Shown here: positions 1 to 13,379 of the stretch, piece by piece | Layout: the number at the start of each line of letters is the position of its first letter | How positions within the stretch are numbered: the first letter of the stretch is position 1 | Assembly (NCBI RefSeq): GCF_009914755.1 | Contig: NC_060935.1 | Direction: 5' to 3' (one strand) | DNA from: the human T2T-CHM13v2.0 reference genome, Homo sapiens | DNA length: 64,000 nt | Notes under the pieces: model-generated | Told to the model about the DNA's origin: nothing | Databases searched by the model: none | The model's input: only the letters and a program-made list of their open reading frames with translations | Made by a program: the position numbers and the translations under genes

Positions 1-244
1 ATGGTCCAGAAGGCAAAGGTTCTGGGGGCATCTATGAACATCAACTTGGGCAATCTTGGTGATCACGGGAACAGCAAACCTTCTTTAAGTTTTGAGAGAG
101 ACCATAGTGAGATAGCAGGGTTGATCCAAAGCGTGTAGAAAATCTAGGACAAATTCTTTTGGCAACTGGTTCCAAACCACTTCGTACCTGCCAAAGGGTG
201 CATCAATCTATTAAGCCAGATTTTACTAAAGCCAGTTCTCTCTT

Positions 245-335
245 ATACTGACAAGGAAAATTAAAACCAGATGGGGTCAGATAATAACTTGCCCTAGGTC
301 ATAGAGCTGGCAACTAACAGAACTACTTGTCTATC
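245..335 (-). mobile_element. MIR SINE fragment
   Basis: 'gacaaggaaaattaaaaccaga...aacttgccctaggtcatagagctgg' resembles the reverse complement of the MIR core. Confidence 0.55.
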
Positions 336-399
336 AAACTGACGGCATCCTCTTTATTAGCCATATCTGCCTACGTGACAGTTTTTTTACCTTACTAGA

Positions 400-1095
400 C
401 CCAAGAGGTTTCCCAGCATCTCAAATACCTAAAAACACAGACATTCAATGTCACTCTCTTTCCTACCCCCTTGCCTCCCTGTGCCATTCCTCATGCTGCC
501 TTTCCTATTTCTGCTCATACCACCAACTTTTTTTCCGAATCATGCAGGCTCAAAACCTTAGAGTCATGTTCAACTCATCTTTCTTGCCAAGTTCTGCTAA
601 TTCTGCTGCAACAACATCTCCCAAATTTGTTCACTTTCAAGCATCTCAGTGGTAACATGAAGTGTAGGATACCATCATCTACCTTTCACTTAAACTATCC
701 AATGGGTTCCTAACCCCTCTCCTGCCTTCTAGTCATATTGCATTCTAATTCACCCTTGTTCAAATCTATCCTTACACCACTACTGAATTAATCTTCCTAA
801 TGTCTCAGTATGTCACCCCCCCGATCAAAAATTTTTTATCTCAAGTCATCCTGAGTAATTTCCACCTCATTTTCAAACCCATATATCAAATATTCCATGA
901 ATATGTTTCACTTCATATAAATTGGGTATGACCCTTTAGATTCATTGGTTTTTATTTATAACTTTTAGGTAGTACAGCATAGTTTTCTTAATATTCTTAT
1001 TTCCCACCCTATTATTTGTGAATTTTTGAAGGACACAGACTGCATCACACTTTTCAGTTTCTGGTGATACTTAATAATTTTGCCAAATAAATAAT
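400..1095 (+). mobile_element. L2 LINE fragment (degraded)
   Basis: Pyrimidine-rich L2-like 3' region ('ccaagttctgctaattctgc', 'tctatccttacacc...ttaatcttcct'), ending in an L2-tail-like 'gaaggacacagactgc...aaataaataa'. Confidence 0.5.
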
Positions 1096-3207
1096 CAGTA
1101 AGTTTTTTTTCACTTGGGTGCAAAATAATCAAATAGACTGCAATTAAAGTATGTCAAGGTCTGCCTAAAGCAAATCTCTCAAGTTAAAATGAAATAAAAG
1201 AAATTTATAAGAACATTCATTCCCTACATTTCCTTGTGTGTCTATTAACTGTAGGGCACTGAGTTAGGTGCTTGGGAAGAAAAGGGAGGAACATGCTGTC
1301 AAGTACCACCCACTCTAAGGGGAAATGAATGAGGCGATGACTATTAGACAAGGTTGGAGTACTAATAACACTCTAGGAAGGAAAACCAAAAAAAAGGACG
1401 AGAAAGAAGAGACAAATGAATGTCTTAAGAACTGCAAGCTGACCTCTTTAAGGCAGCTCCCTAATAACTGCCTGGGCTATTATTTTGTAAGGATGTGGAA
1501 ATAAATAGTACTAGACCTCTCTATTTTTGAGGCGGTTCACACAGTTTATATCTTCCACATATTTCCTTCATGTGAATAGCATAAAAAATGGCATTCCCAC
1601 AATCACCTTAAGCAACATGCCTCCATCACATGGGCCCTTTGTAGGAGAAATTACAGGGGAGAAAAAACACTTTTCTAAAGTAGGTAATCTCACCGTTAAC
1701 AGATAATACAGTGGGAACTCCTGCGAGGGGATAAGAAAAGGAGCAGAGCACAAAGGCTACAGTATTTCAAGTAATTCGAATAGTTGTGTTAAAATGGAAA
1801 TCACATAAATATTAGACTTGTGCTTTTCCGGGTAAAGCCTCTGCAGACCAAATTGCCAACAGGAATGAATTTTAATGACTAGTTTATAACCTCTGAGATG
1901 CTTGAAAATCTAACACAGTTGTAGTTAAAATGTAATACTATTATAGCATCAGTGCAATTAAGAATTCTGCAGGGAACATTCCCTGCTGGAAAATTTAAGT
2001 TGGCTTCACATTGGGAAACGAAGCTATTCCTGATCATTTAAGATGGAATGTGTCTAATTTATTGATCTGTGAATGTTACCAAAATATTTGACCCCCAAAT
2101 ATTAAATCACATTAATAAACAATTCAGTCTCTCCATGGGATGAATGTAAATATCAACATAAAAACTGACATTTATGCTGGTTTACAGTTTCCCATTTTTA
2201 TGAATGCAGTCGTTTCATTTAAAATCACTTGGGTCTTGAAAACACAGTTAGGAAAACATTACAGACCCGAAATGCAGGTGCCAATAGAAGCGTTAGGTCA
2301 TGGAACGGCTGCTCGGTGGCCTATGTACAGCTCCACTTTCTACATTCAAATGTGTTGCAGTCAACTCTCTCGGTAGCACTGGAATTAAAAAGTATGGTTT
2401 TGGTAATAATTTGCTTATTACGAGGGGAGCAACACCTGATATTATGAACGCTTATAAAGAGTTAATCACGACCGCTCTTAGCTTTCACTAAGATCAAAAA
2501 CTACATCTCACAAACCCCTGGACAATAGGGAGTGAAAAGGAAATGGCATTTAAATCTATAACTCAAAATATCTTTTCTTCTTAGAGAACATAAAATCAAT
2601 GCTTCATATAAAATCAAAACTACATTTATTCCTTACCAAGGCTGATCGTGCACAGAGGAAACATAGAATTGTATATTTTTGAAATCCCAAATTTCCACCA
2701 TTCAGGTTATTACTTGGTTAAAGCAGCATGTCTTCAAATGTTCTGTCTTAAAATAAAATGTTATTTTCTCTGGTGAGTCGCCCTTCTATGATTTAACATG
2801 TTTTAATGTTGATTTGCCTCTCTGTGACTAACTCATGAGAAAGAAGGGCTGTAAGAGAATGACCATAAAACAGGGAAATCTTATTTCTAGGCAAAGAGGG
2901 AAAAGGAAGTAGCTGGACTGAGGCAGGGGAGCAGGCCAAGAAGAAGGGCAGTCAAGTTAGGGCCATTACAGGTTAAGGCTTGAAAGTGGAGAACTGCCTA
3001 AGGAAAAGTGGTGTCCATGGGAAGATGGGGTGCAAAACCAAAAAGGTACCCAATTTGTAATACTGCCCAGAGATAACCCTGTTAATGTCTCCATGAAACC
3101 TTAAGAAGCTATAAGGAGTAAAATGCACATACAATGTAAGCTACGTCATGATAAATCAGTTAAAAAATGCCCCTATTAAAGTATTTGGCATTGTTCCTGG
3201 AAGATAG

Positions 3208-3662
3208 TGTTGGAAGAGGCAATATGCCATGAGCCCTGAGCCTTGCACTTGTTGCTAGGTGTGCCAACAATGCAAAGCCCTGAAGGCTCTTTGTCAGGGC
3301 CATTCTCAGAGTTGTGTCTGCAGCAAGCAACCTTGAAAGATGAAGGAATGTCTCCCTCTGGGACTAAGAGCATACTTATTTACTGTTTGCTACAAAATGG
3401 TGAGTGCCTGAGTTCTGGTGTTCCCTGGCTACAGTGAAATCTGGTTATGTGCACAGCATCCATGTGGGTCCTTATCACAATTACCCCTGTGAGATTTTGG
3501 GGCCAAGGAGAACTGACACACATGTTGATGCTCATGATGCTTGCTCTACTATGAGTTATAAAATATTCTTTGTCTCTGATTTAGGAATCTTGTCTCTTCT
3601 CAGCGTCCATAAAACAGACTAACTTATCACCTAACTAGTGGGGTTAATTCTTAGACTTGATA
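3208..3662 (+). mobile_element. ERVL-type solo LTR, LTR40 family
   Basis: Starts 'tgttggaagaggcaat'; contains LTR40-like 'gtctccctctggg', 'gcacagcatcca', 'ggggccaaggagaactgac', 'ctttgtctctga'. Confidence 0.75.
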
Positions 3663-4029
3663 CCTAGGAATTGCTCAAAAAAAGTAGCCATTTTTATTAA
3701 TGAAAAGTATGCATTTCAACAACTTACTAGAAGAAGATATAATATGAAAGAACTAGGGATGCATCCCAAGATTTGAAATCAAGGGGAAGGTTTTAAAATA
3801 CAATCATTATGCTATAGTATAGTAAAATTTAATCAAGCAATTAGTGACTAAGGATTATTCCCTCCTACAGGCTGTCCAAAAGGACAAAATCTGGCTAATG
3901 TTTAGAGTTAGCTTTATACATAGCTCTTGTACAATTCAAGACTCTCTATGAATCTAAAATTTTGCTTTCTTAATTAATATATACAGATTTCTTGAAATTC
4001 TTAGAAATAATAACAAACAGTAAAATGGT

Positions 4030-4240
4030 TTTCAACACTGTTCTAAGCAACTTATAATTGTTAATAATTCACTATACAGAAGCTCTATAAGTTAGGTACT
4101 CGTCTTATTATCCCAATTTTACAAGTCAAGAAACTAAGGCACAAAAAGGTTAAATAACTTGCTCTCAGCACCCAGCTGGTAAATGGCAGAGCAAGGATTT
4201 GAACTCAGGTAGTGTGGCTCCAAAGAGTGTGTTCTTGACA
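4030..4240 (-). mobile_element. MIR SINE
   Basis: 'attatcccaattttaca...gaaactaaggcac...ggttaaataacttgc...ggatttgaactcagg' is the reverse complement of the MIR core. Confidence 0.85.
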
Positions 4241-4299
4241 AGCACATTGTAAGTCTTTATAGAAAATAACAGTAAATGATGGACAGAAAAAAAAAAACT

Positions 4300-4510
4300 A
4301 ACATTTTTGAACACCCCTTGTTGCCAGACATTTTTGCAAAATTATCTCATTATCTTTTTTCTTGCAGGGAAAATATTGTCATCATCATTTTTACAGATAA
4401 GGAAACTGGAACTCAGAGAAGATTCATAATTCAGCCAAGGTCACACAAATAGAACATTGGAGAAATACAAATTAGAATTCAGTTTGATTTACTCTAAACC
4501 CTGTGTTCTT
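4300..4510 (-). mobile_element. MIR SINE
   Basis: 'ttttacagataaggaaactgga...ccaaggtcacaca' MIR core. Confidence 0.8.
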
Positions 4511-5164
4511 TCTATGACAAAATAGTGTCTACAGGACACTTGAAGGAAAGGCTATGAACGCAGAAGACAAATTTTCCCAAATAAATATTTTTCTATGTCA
4601 TTTTTTACTGAAATAGAAATAGAAACAAATAGGAACTGCCCAAGGAGGTAATCTTGTCACTAGAAACTTTCTATATAATTTGAAGGTATAGTTTGTTTGC
4701 TTTTTAAATAGTCCTGATTTTTGTATAAAAGAATTACTTTATTTATTTGTCATTTTTTAGGAATTGTGTGCTTTTTAAAAACTCTTATACTTTAGCATCA
4801 TAAAGTTAGCATTGGACTGGAGGCTAAGACTAACTCTCTACTAAATATCTAAATTATTTTCATATTTTAACCTGTCTGAAGATCATTTAAAATGATAGAG
4901 AGGTGGAGCTTGAAGAGATTCCTACAGCAACTTAATTTCTTTGAGGAAGAACTCCTAGAGAGGCAGTTGACCTACCCAAGATTATATGCGAACTTAAAGG
5001 CAACAATAAGTCCAGAACCTGGGTTTCTAATAAACAGAAGGGCTAAAACAGCTGATCACTAAGGTCTCACAAGCTGTAAGTTTCTGTACTTTTTTGAATC
5101 TGGGAAATTAATTATCACAAAAAGCCTACATACATCATAAAATCCTCAAACTTGCATATTTTTC

Positions 5165-6060
5165 CTCAACATTTTAAAAGTGTTCTATCTAAAAAAAACT
5201 AAGCATAGTACAGTGAACAGTCAGAAATCTTGTACCTAGATTCACCAACTGCAAAGATTACATTTGAGCTCACTTGCTTTTGCTTTATCTGTTTGTATAT
5301 GAGTGTTTGTGTACATATGTACATGTAGGTGCATATACAGTCAGTTTGCATTACTTGAGGTAGCTATGTTCTATAAAATCACTGCAAACAGTGAACTGGA
5401 GAATATCAGGCCATTGATCCAAGGGAAAATACAAGATTTTTTTCTTAAGAGCCTATCATCAAAATATTTTAATTAACCAATCAAGATATAACCTTGTTTC
5501 ATATGTATTTCCATTTAAAGACATTTTATTTATTATTATTGTTAATTAACTAACCTTGAACTCATAGACACAGCACCATAACTCACGCCTAAATGAACTT
5601 TACCTAATGTATGTATTTTTTTTGTAAGGCCCAACACAGCCTTTTGTGCTTAGAAATACTAGACTGAACCAGCAGCATTACTCTTGGAGGCCATTTTAAG
5701 CAGCAAAATCAACAACAAAATGCACACATACAAAAAAAGAATGCTAAAAACGTGGCACCACGTACACTGCAAAAAGAACACTAGTTTACAGTGTGAGAGC
5801 TGAAACAAGAAGTCAGGGTGTGGCCTCATTTGACCTCAGCTGGGAATGTGTACATCAGAAGACTCCAATTTTTCACCACTCTGAACACGGCTGCAAATGA
5901 TTATGAAAGCAATATGGGTATTGATCTTACAGTCACAAATAAATTTTAGCGAAGAGGTGAATTTGAAAATACGGAATCTGTAAATAATGAAGCTTAGTTG
6001 TATATATAAACCATGTAATTTAAGTAGCAAGCCTCATGACATTTTACACTAAACACATTA
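5165..6060 (-). mobile_element. Old L1 (L1MC-like) 3' fragment, interrupted by MER82
   Basis: 'tagtacagtgaaca...cctagattcacca' before, and 'aaccatgtaatttaagtagca...catgacattttacactaaa' after the MER82, resemble antisense L1MC 3'UTR. Confidence 0.5.
5338..6000 (-). mobile_element. MER82-like TcMar-Tigger DNA transposon, near full length
   Basis: Flanked by TA at both ends; degenerate termini 'cagtcag...'/'...tagttg'; internal 'gagagctgaaacaagaag', 'gacctcagctgggaa', 'aaataaattttagcga...aatacggaatc' match recalled MER82; ~660 bp. Confidence 0.8.
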
Positions 6061-6939
6061 AAGATGGTAAAATTTGAGTATATATGAAGCAAAAGTAAAA
6101 ATAAGTAAATAAAAACATTGTAGAAATGTTTGCAGCCTGAGGATACCCTAATTTCACCTTGTTGGAAATCATATTTGCCTTTTTTAGGCCTACCTGAACT
6201 ACCAAGCCAAAGCACACCACTCTCAAGTTAATAATCATCCTAACAGAAAGAGCCAACTGGAAAACATTATCTCAGAATATTCCTGGAATTACCAACAAAA
6301 CAATGAAGTATCTCACTTATCTCCATCTGCCAGTGACCTTTATATGTCAGTTATGGATTTCATCATCTGATCTACAGTATTTCCTTGAGCTAATCTCCAA
6401 TGAGCATGGAACTGACACTTTTCACAATCACTCTGCTTGTAGCAATGCCGTGGACTGCAATGAACCAGGAAGAAGCTATGCCTGTGCCTCAGCATTGAGC
6501 ATTATATTTCTATTTGTGCTGAGCGAACAATGTGACCTCATGTCTCAGAAGTTAGGGCCAAAAGCAGGCACAAAAGCATCAGTTTCAGCTTCCAATCAAG
6601 GCCATTCTACACGTTTAGTGAGAACTTGATCATTTTTCATCTCACCAAGATTTTGTATCTTCCCCCATCCATCATCGAGTACCTGGTATGCAGGTAACTA
6701 TTCAAGGGAATGAGATGAAGCATTGATCTTGAGCTAGAAAAACATGTATTACTAAGAGAAAAAGGAGGACTTTGGGATTTTAAAGTACCTAGCTTTACTT
6801 TCAATTATTACAAAAGTCATGTAAGTTTTATATGCCTTGTGCTTGGTTTTGCCGGTTTAAAGGAAGTTTCTGAGAGCCACTTGCACCAGAAAAGAAACCT
6901 ATCTTTGCCCAAAGACTTTTATAAGGAAAAGTACAAACT

Positions 6940-7440
6940 AACCACCTAGCTGTTGTCTCCTCCAGCTCCATTTCTTACAGATGCTCACATCACACTGTCT
7001 GATTTGGACACACTGCAGTTCCCCTCATTTTAGTGGTTGTGACATCCCTAAGCCCTTGCACAGGCTGTGCTCTGCATCTGAAAGGCCTTCCTCTCCCTTC
7101 TTAGCTGGCCATTTCCTCGTTGTCTTTCCAGTCCTAGCTCCTGTATCATTTCCTTGGGAAAGACACCCTGGACTATTCCTCAGAGTGAATTAACTTCTCT
7201 CCTCTGTTCTTCAGCATTCCAAGCTTTCAGTGCTCCTTTCTGTCACAGCACCCTTCACCCTATTTTGATGTCATTCGTCTACAATTCTGTCACCCACATT
7301 AGACTATGAGCCTTTTGAGGCCTTCCAAAGACTATATCTTGTTCATCATTTCATCCTCTGTGGCTGGTGCAGTATCTAATACAGATGAGGGCTCAAGAAA
7401 TATTTGTTGCATAAAAGATTGAATAAATGAATGAATAAAT
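6940..7440 (+). mobile_element. L2 LINE 3' end
   Basis: 'ttagactatgagcc...gggctcaagaaatatttgttg...gaataaatgaatgaat' is the typical L2a tail. Confidence 0.8.
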
Positions 7441-8534
7441 TTGAATTTTCACTTGCTCTAATAAGAGGTACCATTTGCCCCATTTGAAATGCCTAACCTC
7501 TTATTTTATAAATTGGGAATTCCAATAATTAATTCATACATTCAGTTTTTTAATATTTCCTTTTTTTTCTGTCTCCTTAGTTTGCCTCAGTTCCCCTATT
7601 TAGGAAAGAGGCCAGAAATTCATTTAAACCAATTTACTTTTAATTATCTGCAAAGTGCGAATTTTTCACAGTGCCATAACCCCCCTGTAGGGAAAAGATG
7701 CTCCTAACAAGCACAGCCTCTGAGGTGCACAGAAAGAAAACGTGAGGAAATGACTGCTAATCAGCTCACGAACCTTCATTGCTCCTCAACTGACTTGGAG
7801 GAGTGTGCTCCATGCTGACTTCTCCTCCCAGGAGGCCACATATGTCCTCTCTATCCTCTAAGCATCTGAGAGCATGTGTGCCTTTCGGGGGATGTTGACA
7901 CAGGTCCTAATGAATCAATTTGTCGTGTGGAGGAGTGAGGGAGGTCTGTGTCCCATCAATTGACTTCAGCCACACTTCATCTTTCATGTATTGCAAGTGA
8001 GCGGAAACAGACTTTTTTTTTCAATAAAATAAAAAAAAAAAAATGAAGTGCCTTGAACCATTCTGAACAAATTGTCTCACCAGGCTCCAAAGTGCTCAAA
8101 CATTCAGCTCATTTCTCCTAATTCATAATTAAACCCAAGACCTACCTGGAATGATAAAGAATGATATTTGTATATGCTAAGCCACGTTAGCATGGCAAGA
8201 GTAAACAGGGAAATTGGATACAGCAAACTCAGCATTTTAGGTGAATAAACATATGGAATGACTTTTCTGGCCAAGCATTTGGAGCGAAGGGCAGTTAAAA
8301 ACTCTGGTGACACTTACCTGGTTTCCGGAAACTCTGAGGTGAGAATTAGACGTATTAAGTAAAAAATACATTGTAAAAAATGAGTAAATTAAACCCAACA
8401 GAGTGATTCTCTACTATAGGATACTTCATATATATTTTTTACAGAATAGGTTTCAATAGATAATTGACGATAGTGATCATTCACTTTGACCTGCATTTTC
8501 AGATGCTGCACAAGGAAACTGGATAAATCCTATT

Positions 8535-8650
8535 TCATGTGATCCTTACAGTAATTCTACAAAGTAGGTGTTATTATTATTCTCATTTTACAAATGAAGA
8601 AACAAACTCAGAAAAGTAATTGACTTGTCCATGATTGAAACCACATGTAT
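8535..8650 (-). mobile_element. MIR fragment
   Basis: 'gtaggtgttattattattctcattttacaaatgaagaaac...gacttgtcca'. Confidence 0.7.
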
Positions 8651-8971
8651 TGCTTTGTCATATATTGCATGTACTTTATCAACTTTTTTGAAAATGATTT
8701 TACAGTTTCTAAGGATAGGAAGAGATTTTTTCAGGATAGGCAGACACCAAAAGAGCAGGCACATCCCTGGGAGATATAACAGGGATGCAACAACTGAATG
8801 CATTAAGATATAGTAAGCGCAACCATTCTCAAAGCATCCACTAACACCTATAAAAGGACCTTTACTTACCACCAGGTACACCTCTGGGTGAGTTCCAACT
8901 GCTCATAAAACACCTCTGTATGCATGTTTGCCCATTTCCTGAAGTTTGACATCCTTAACCAGGTAATATTC

Positions 8972-9266
<295 letters not shown>

Positions 9267-9719
9267 CTTAACTAGGTGATTCTTAACCTTCTCACCCTGG
9301 AGAAAAAAAGGTAATCTGCGCATTTAAGGATTAACCTGAGTAAGAGTCAGGTGGAGAAAAACAGTATTGGGAAGACCAGTTTTTAAGATGTAAGGCTAAC
9401 TGTCCTAGACTGGAGAAGTGCCTTTTCAAACCTGCCCTGTTTCTGCCAAGTATCTTGAAAAGAGAAAAAAAAAAAAGGTACATTACCTACTTTTCCACAC
9501 TCTGACCTCCAAGGCATCTGTTCTGGCCTTAGGTGAGACACTGATCTTTTGTGTGCTCTAACCTCATTTCCATCTGCTGTCTGTTTCTGTGATGAGCTGA
9601 TCATGAGCTGATGGCTCCCTTCCCACATAGTTTGTTCTGAATTCAAAACACCTACTTTCAATTAAACCTCTTCTACCTCCTGACCTCACCTACCTTCAAT
9701 TAAATCATCAGAGTATTAA

Positions 9720-9930
9720 CAGATTATTGTTACTTAATGCTGCTTCTGTGCCAGACAACAAGCTGAAATCTTTATATGTATCATAATATTTACATTTTCC
9801 AGATCTTAAAATTGAGATATGAGGATGTCAAATGATTTTCCCACGTCACAAAAGTGATAAATTCAGAATTTAAACCACCCCACTTATTCTGTGGCTACAG
9901 CTCACACTAGTAACCACTACACCATAACAC
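9720..9930 (-). mobile_element. MIR fragment (degraded)
   Basis: 'tgtgccagac...aaattgaga...aaatgattttcccacgtcaca...agaatttaaacc'. Confidence 0.5.
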
Positions 9931-10011
9931 CTCCCAGTGCAGTTAAATAGAAAGACACCCGAACTTTTTCCCATGCTACAAATTGATGGCTATAATAAAA
10001 TCATTTTTCCA

Positions 10012-10352
<341 letters not shown>

Positions 10353-10584
10353 TTAAAATATCTTTGACTCAAATCTCTTCATCCCCTATAGTTATTTGTC
10401 ACCCTGTACTATCAATTCTTCCTGTAAAATTTCATTTCATTCTTCATTTTCTTTCTACTTCTCCCTAACCATAATTGTTGCAATAGCATTCCAACGGGTA
10501 TCCCCAAATTTAGCATTTTTTTCTTCCTGCTCTCATCCATGTTTGCCAAACTAACCTTCTTAAAATATCACATTCAACACAAAA

Positions 10585-10925
10585 GATTGAAGTCTGAAGA
10601 TATTTAGCCTTTAAGGAGAAGATTTAAGTGGGATATGTTAGCTGTTTTCTAGCACTTGAACGATTAGCTTTATTTTGTCTTTCCAGAGAGCAAAATAATG
10701 ATGACCCATATGGCATGGGGAGGTGTGATTTTTAAAAAAAAAGTAATTTTGATATGAAGACACAATTTTATCAATTAGAGCCATTCAAAAATGGGATAGC
10801 TGGCATATCATATTGTGACTCCCCCACTAATGTGTTCATGCAGAGCTAAATGACAGCTTGCCAGAGGTATTGTAATGCCAAGAGATTGGAATCAATCAGC
10901 TCAAATACATCTTACAACTTTTGGG
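10585..10925 (+). mobile_element. L3/CR1 LINE 3' fragment
   Basis: 'atttagcc...gagaagatttaag...gatatgttagctgttttc', 'caattagagccattcaaaaatggga', 'gtgttcatgcagagct' resemble the L3 3' end. Confidence 0.65.
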
Positions 10926-11175
10926 GTTTTTAATTTTATAATGAGTCTCTGTTCAAAGGCCAAAAATGGCTCTCAAATTCATATTTCACTATTCATCTAA
11001 CCTTGCACCTTAATATTTTCCAGCATGAATTCCTATTCCAAGCTACACCAAGCTTATTCCTCAACTCTCTACTTTTGTTCAAGTAGGTTGAACCATCCAG
11101 AATTCCTGTCTCCAAACCCTCAAGCCTGTTAAATAATCTTCTTGCTTTAGCAATGTAATACTCCTGTAGAATTTC

Positions 11176-11180
<5 letters not shown>

Positions 11181-11215
<35 letters not shown>
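11181..11215. repeat. (TG)17 microsatellite
   Basis: Perfect TG run read directly. Confidence 0.98.
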
Positions 11216-11217
<2 letters not shown>

Positions 11218-11329
11218 ATTTTGTGTTCTCTAGCCTTCCTTTCATTAAAATCCTAAGTTATTCATGAAGCCTACCTTGAAGAAAGTGTTTTATATTGAAT
11301 TTTTAAAAAAATCTAAATACCTACTATAT

Positions 11330-11497
11330 AGGCTCTTAACCTTAGTGCCATCAATAAACTTAAGGATTTCCCTGAAATTCTATTCAAATTCTTATGTGTA
11401 AATGTTCATGCACAATTGTCTAGTGGATATAATTATCCTTTTAATTTACTAGCACCTCAGTGAGATCTTTGTATCCAAAAAGGTTAAGAAAAATTTT
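11330..11497. mobile_element. MER103-like hAT-Charlie DNA element
   Basis: Inverted termini 'tcttaacctt' / 'aaggttaaga'; internal 'ccctgaaatt...caaattcttatgtgt'. Confidence 0.6.
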
Positions 11498-11569
11498 GTT
11501 TGCATTTTCAGTCATGCCTCAAAAGTTTAGCACTTAGTTCTTCTTTCTCTTTCATATTTTTTCACTCAT

Positions 11570-11730
11570 ATTCTTTCCTAGACTGTAAATCTCTTGAGGG
11601 TAGAGGTCATTTTTTTTTTTTTTTTTTTTTTTGCTTATTAACCATAGGCTGTGAATACTTTCATAAAGAACAAGATAGTATCATGTCTGTAACTAGGAGG
11701 TCATTTAGAAAAATTTGTGAATGAAAGAAT
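11570..11730 (+). mobile_element. L2 3' tail containing a poly-T run
   Basis: 'ctagactgtaaatctcttgagggtag...aaaatttgtgaatgaa'. Confidence 0.6.
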
Positions 11731-11817
11731 TAATGTCAACATCTACTACTTGAGTAGTTTTAAGTCACCTCTTGTAGTTCTTTAATATTCTACTTTGGGA
11801 CTTTAAAGTAGCGTTAA

Positions 11818-12185
11818 AGCAATGAACTGAATGTCTATGTCTCCCCAAAATTCATGTGTTGAAAATACTAACCCCCAAGGTGATGGTATTAGGAGGTGAG
11901 GCCTTTGCGAGGTGATGAGGTCATGAGGTAGAGGTCAAACCCGTTAATGGGATTAGTGTTCTTCTAAAAGAGATCCCAGAGAGATCTCTTGCCTCTCCCA
12001 CCAGATGAGGTTACAGTGAAAAGTCAACCATCTGTGAGGAGAGGGGATCTCACCAAGCATCAAATCTGTCTCTACCTTAATCTTGGATTTCTGAGTCTCC
12101 AGAACTTTTAAGAAGAAAATTGTTGCTGTTTATGAGCCACTCAGTCTATGGTATTTCATTATAGCAGCCTGAATAGACTGAGAAA
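11818..12185 (+). mobile_element. MaLR solo LTR (MLT1A0-like)
   Basis: 'ctgaatgtc...ccccaaaattcatgtgttgaa...gtgatggtattaggaggtg...cagtctatggtatt...atagcagcc...gactgaga'. Confidence 0.9.
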
Positions 12186-13379
12186 GATGCAGAATTTTCA
12201 AAATAATCACTAAGAAGTCAGCTTCTTAATTCCTAACATATCATGAGACATATAAATATTTCATCATGTTTTGTCAAATTTGTCTGCCACAGATTATCTG
12301 AGACTTTTTGCCATGCTAGAAGTAATTGCATTCATTTAATTTCCTGGTGCTTATAAGGAAGCATCTTCAATGTACTGCTGATTATTAGATAGCTGGCTCT
12401 TGCTTATTATGCAAAGACTCTGGATATGGAAATGTACAAAGAAGCTACAAAAGGAGCTAATGATCCCACAACAAGACCACAGAAAGAACCTCCTGGAGGC
12501 ACAGCCCTATAACAAAGTCATCTGAGCATACACTGGCTGGCAGAGTGGAGGCTGCCTGATACTTACCCTGAATCTATTCTACTCTCTCATTTGCTGGTTT
12601 AAAAAAATGATAATAATGAAAATAATCTGGTTTTCCATTCTTATATAGGTGCTCAATTGAAGAGCAGTTATGAGCTTGCCCTTTCAGAACCCCAGAGAGC
12701 TCTGGCAACCTATCAGTTAGTTTTATCTTAAATGTGGATGATGAACTGAATGAAAATGGGCTCCAGACATTATCACTGCAATTCCTGCTAAATATGCCAT
12801 CCGAGGTTTTAAAGTGTGCTCTCTGTTCACTGAGAATATTTGATGCAATGAACTCATTTTAGTAGCGATTCTTTAATAATCGTGTCTGTATGTTAAGGAG
12901 AGAGAATAGCTGACTTTTGTTAAATGCTTTTTCTCCTTACACTAGAAGCTGTTCTATTTTAAGTATCTAATATCAACATTCATTGAACACCAACAGTGAG
13001 GTAGAAACTGTATTGCGTATAGACATGTTCTTATTATCAGTTGCTGCACTATACTGGTCAACAATGGAATAATTAAGCAAATAGGAGGCTCACAATCTGA
13101 ATTATATACAAAGACACAGGTCAGGTTAAGTCTGAAAGCACTCTCAAGAAAAAGCAAAGTGGCTAGCAACAAATCACACGTTTGAGCACTGAACCTATTC
13201 CTGGGAACCTGGTGAGGTTGTTTTGGGGATTTTGTTTTGTTTCTTTCTGTTATCTGATTTTCAGCATCTGATGATGGCTTCTAGAGACCAGATGCTCCAA
13301 CGTAATATATACTTATTGATGATGCAATCGAGTCTTGTCTGTTGTTTCAGAATGGCAAGAAAAATGACTACCATTATCA

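Noticed and set aside
1-138. 45-codon ORF beginning at base 1
   Set aside because: Short, no recognisable homology, and the ATG coincides with an arbitrary window edge.
12400-12570. Protein-like short frame (MEMYKEATKGANDPTTRPQKEPPGGTAL) near a minus-strand donor
   Set aside because: Too short, no matching splice-site pair on the same strand, and not recognisable.
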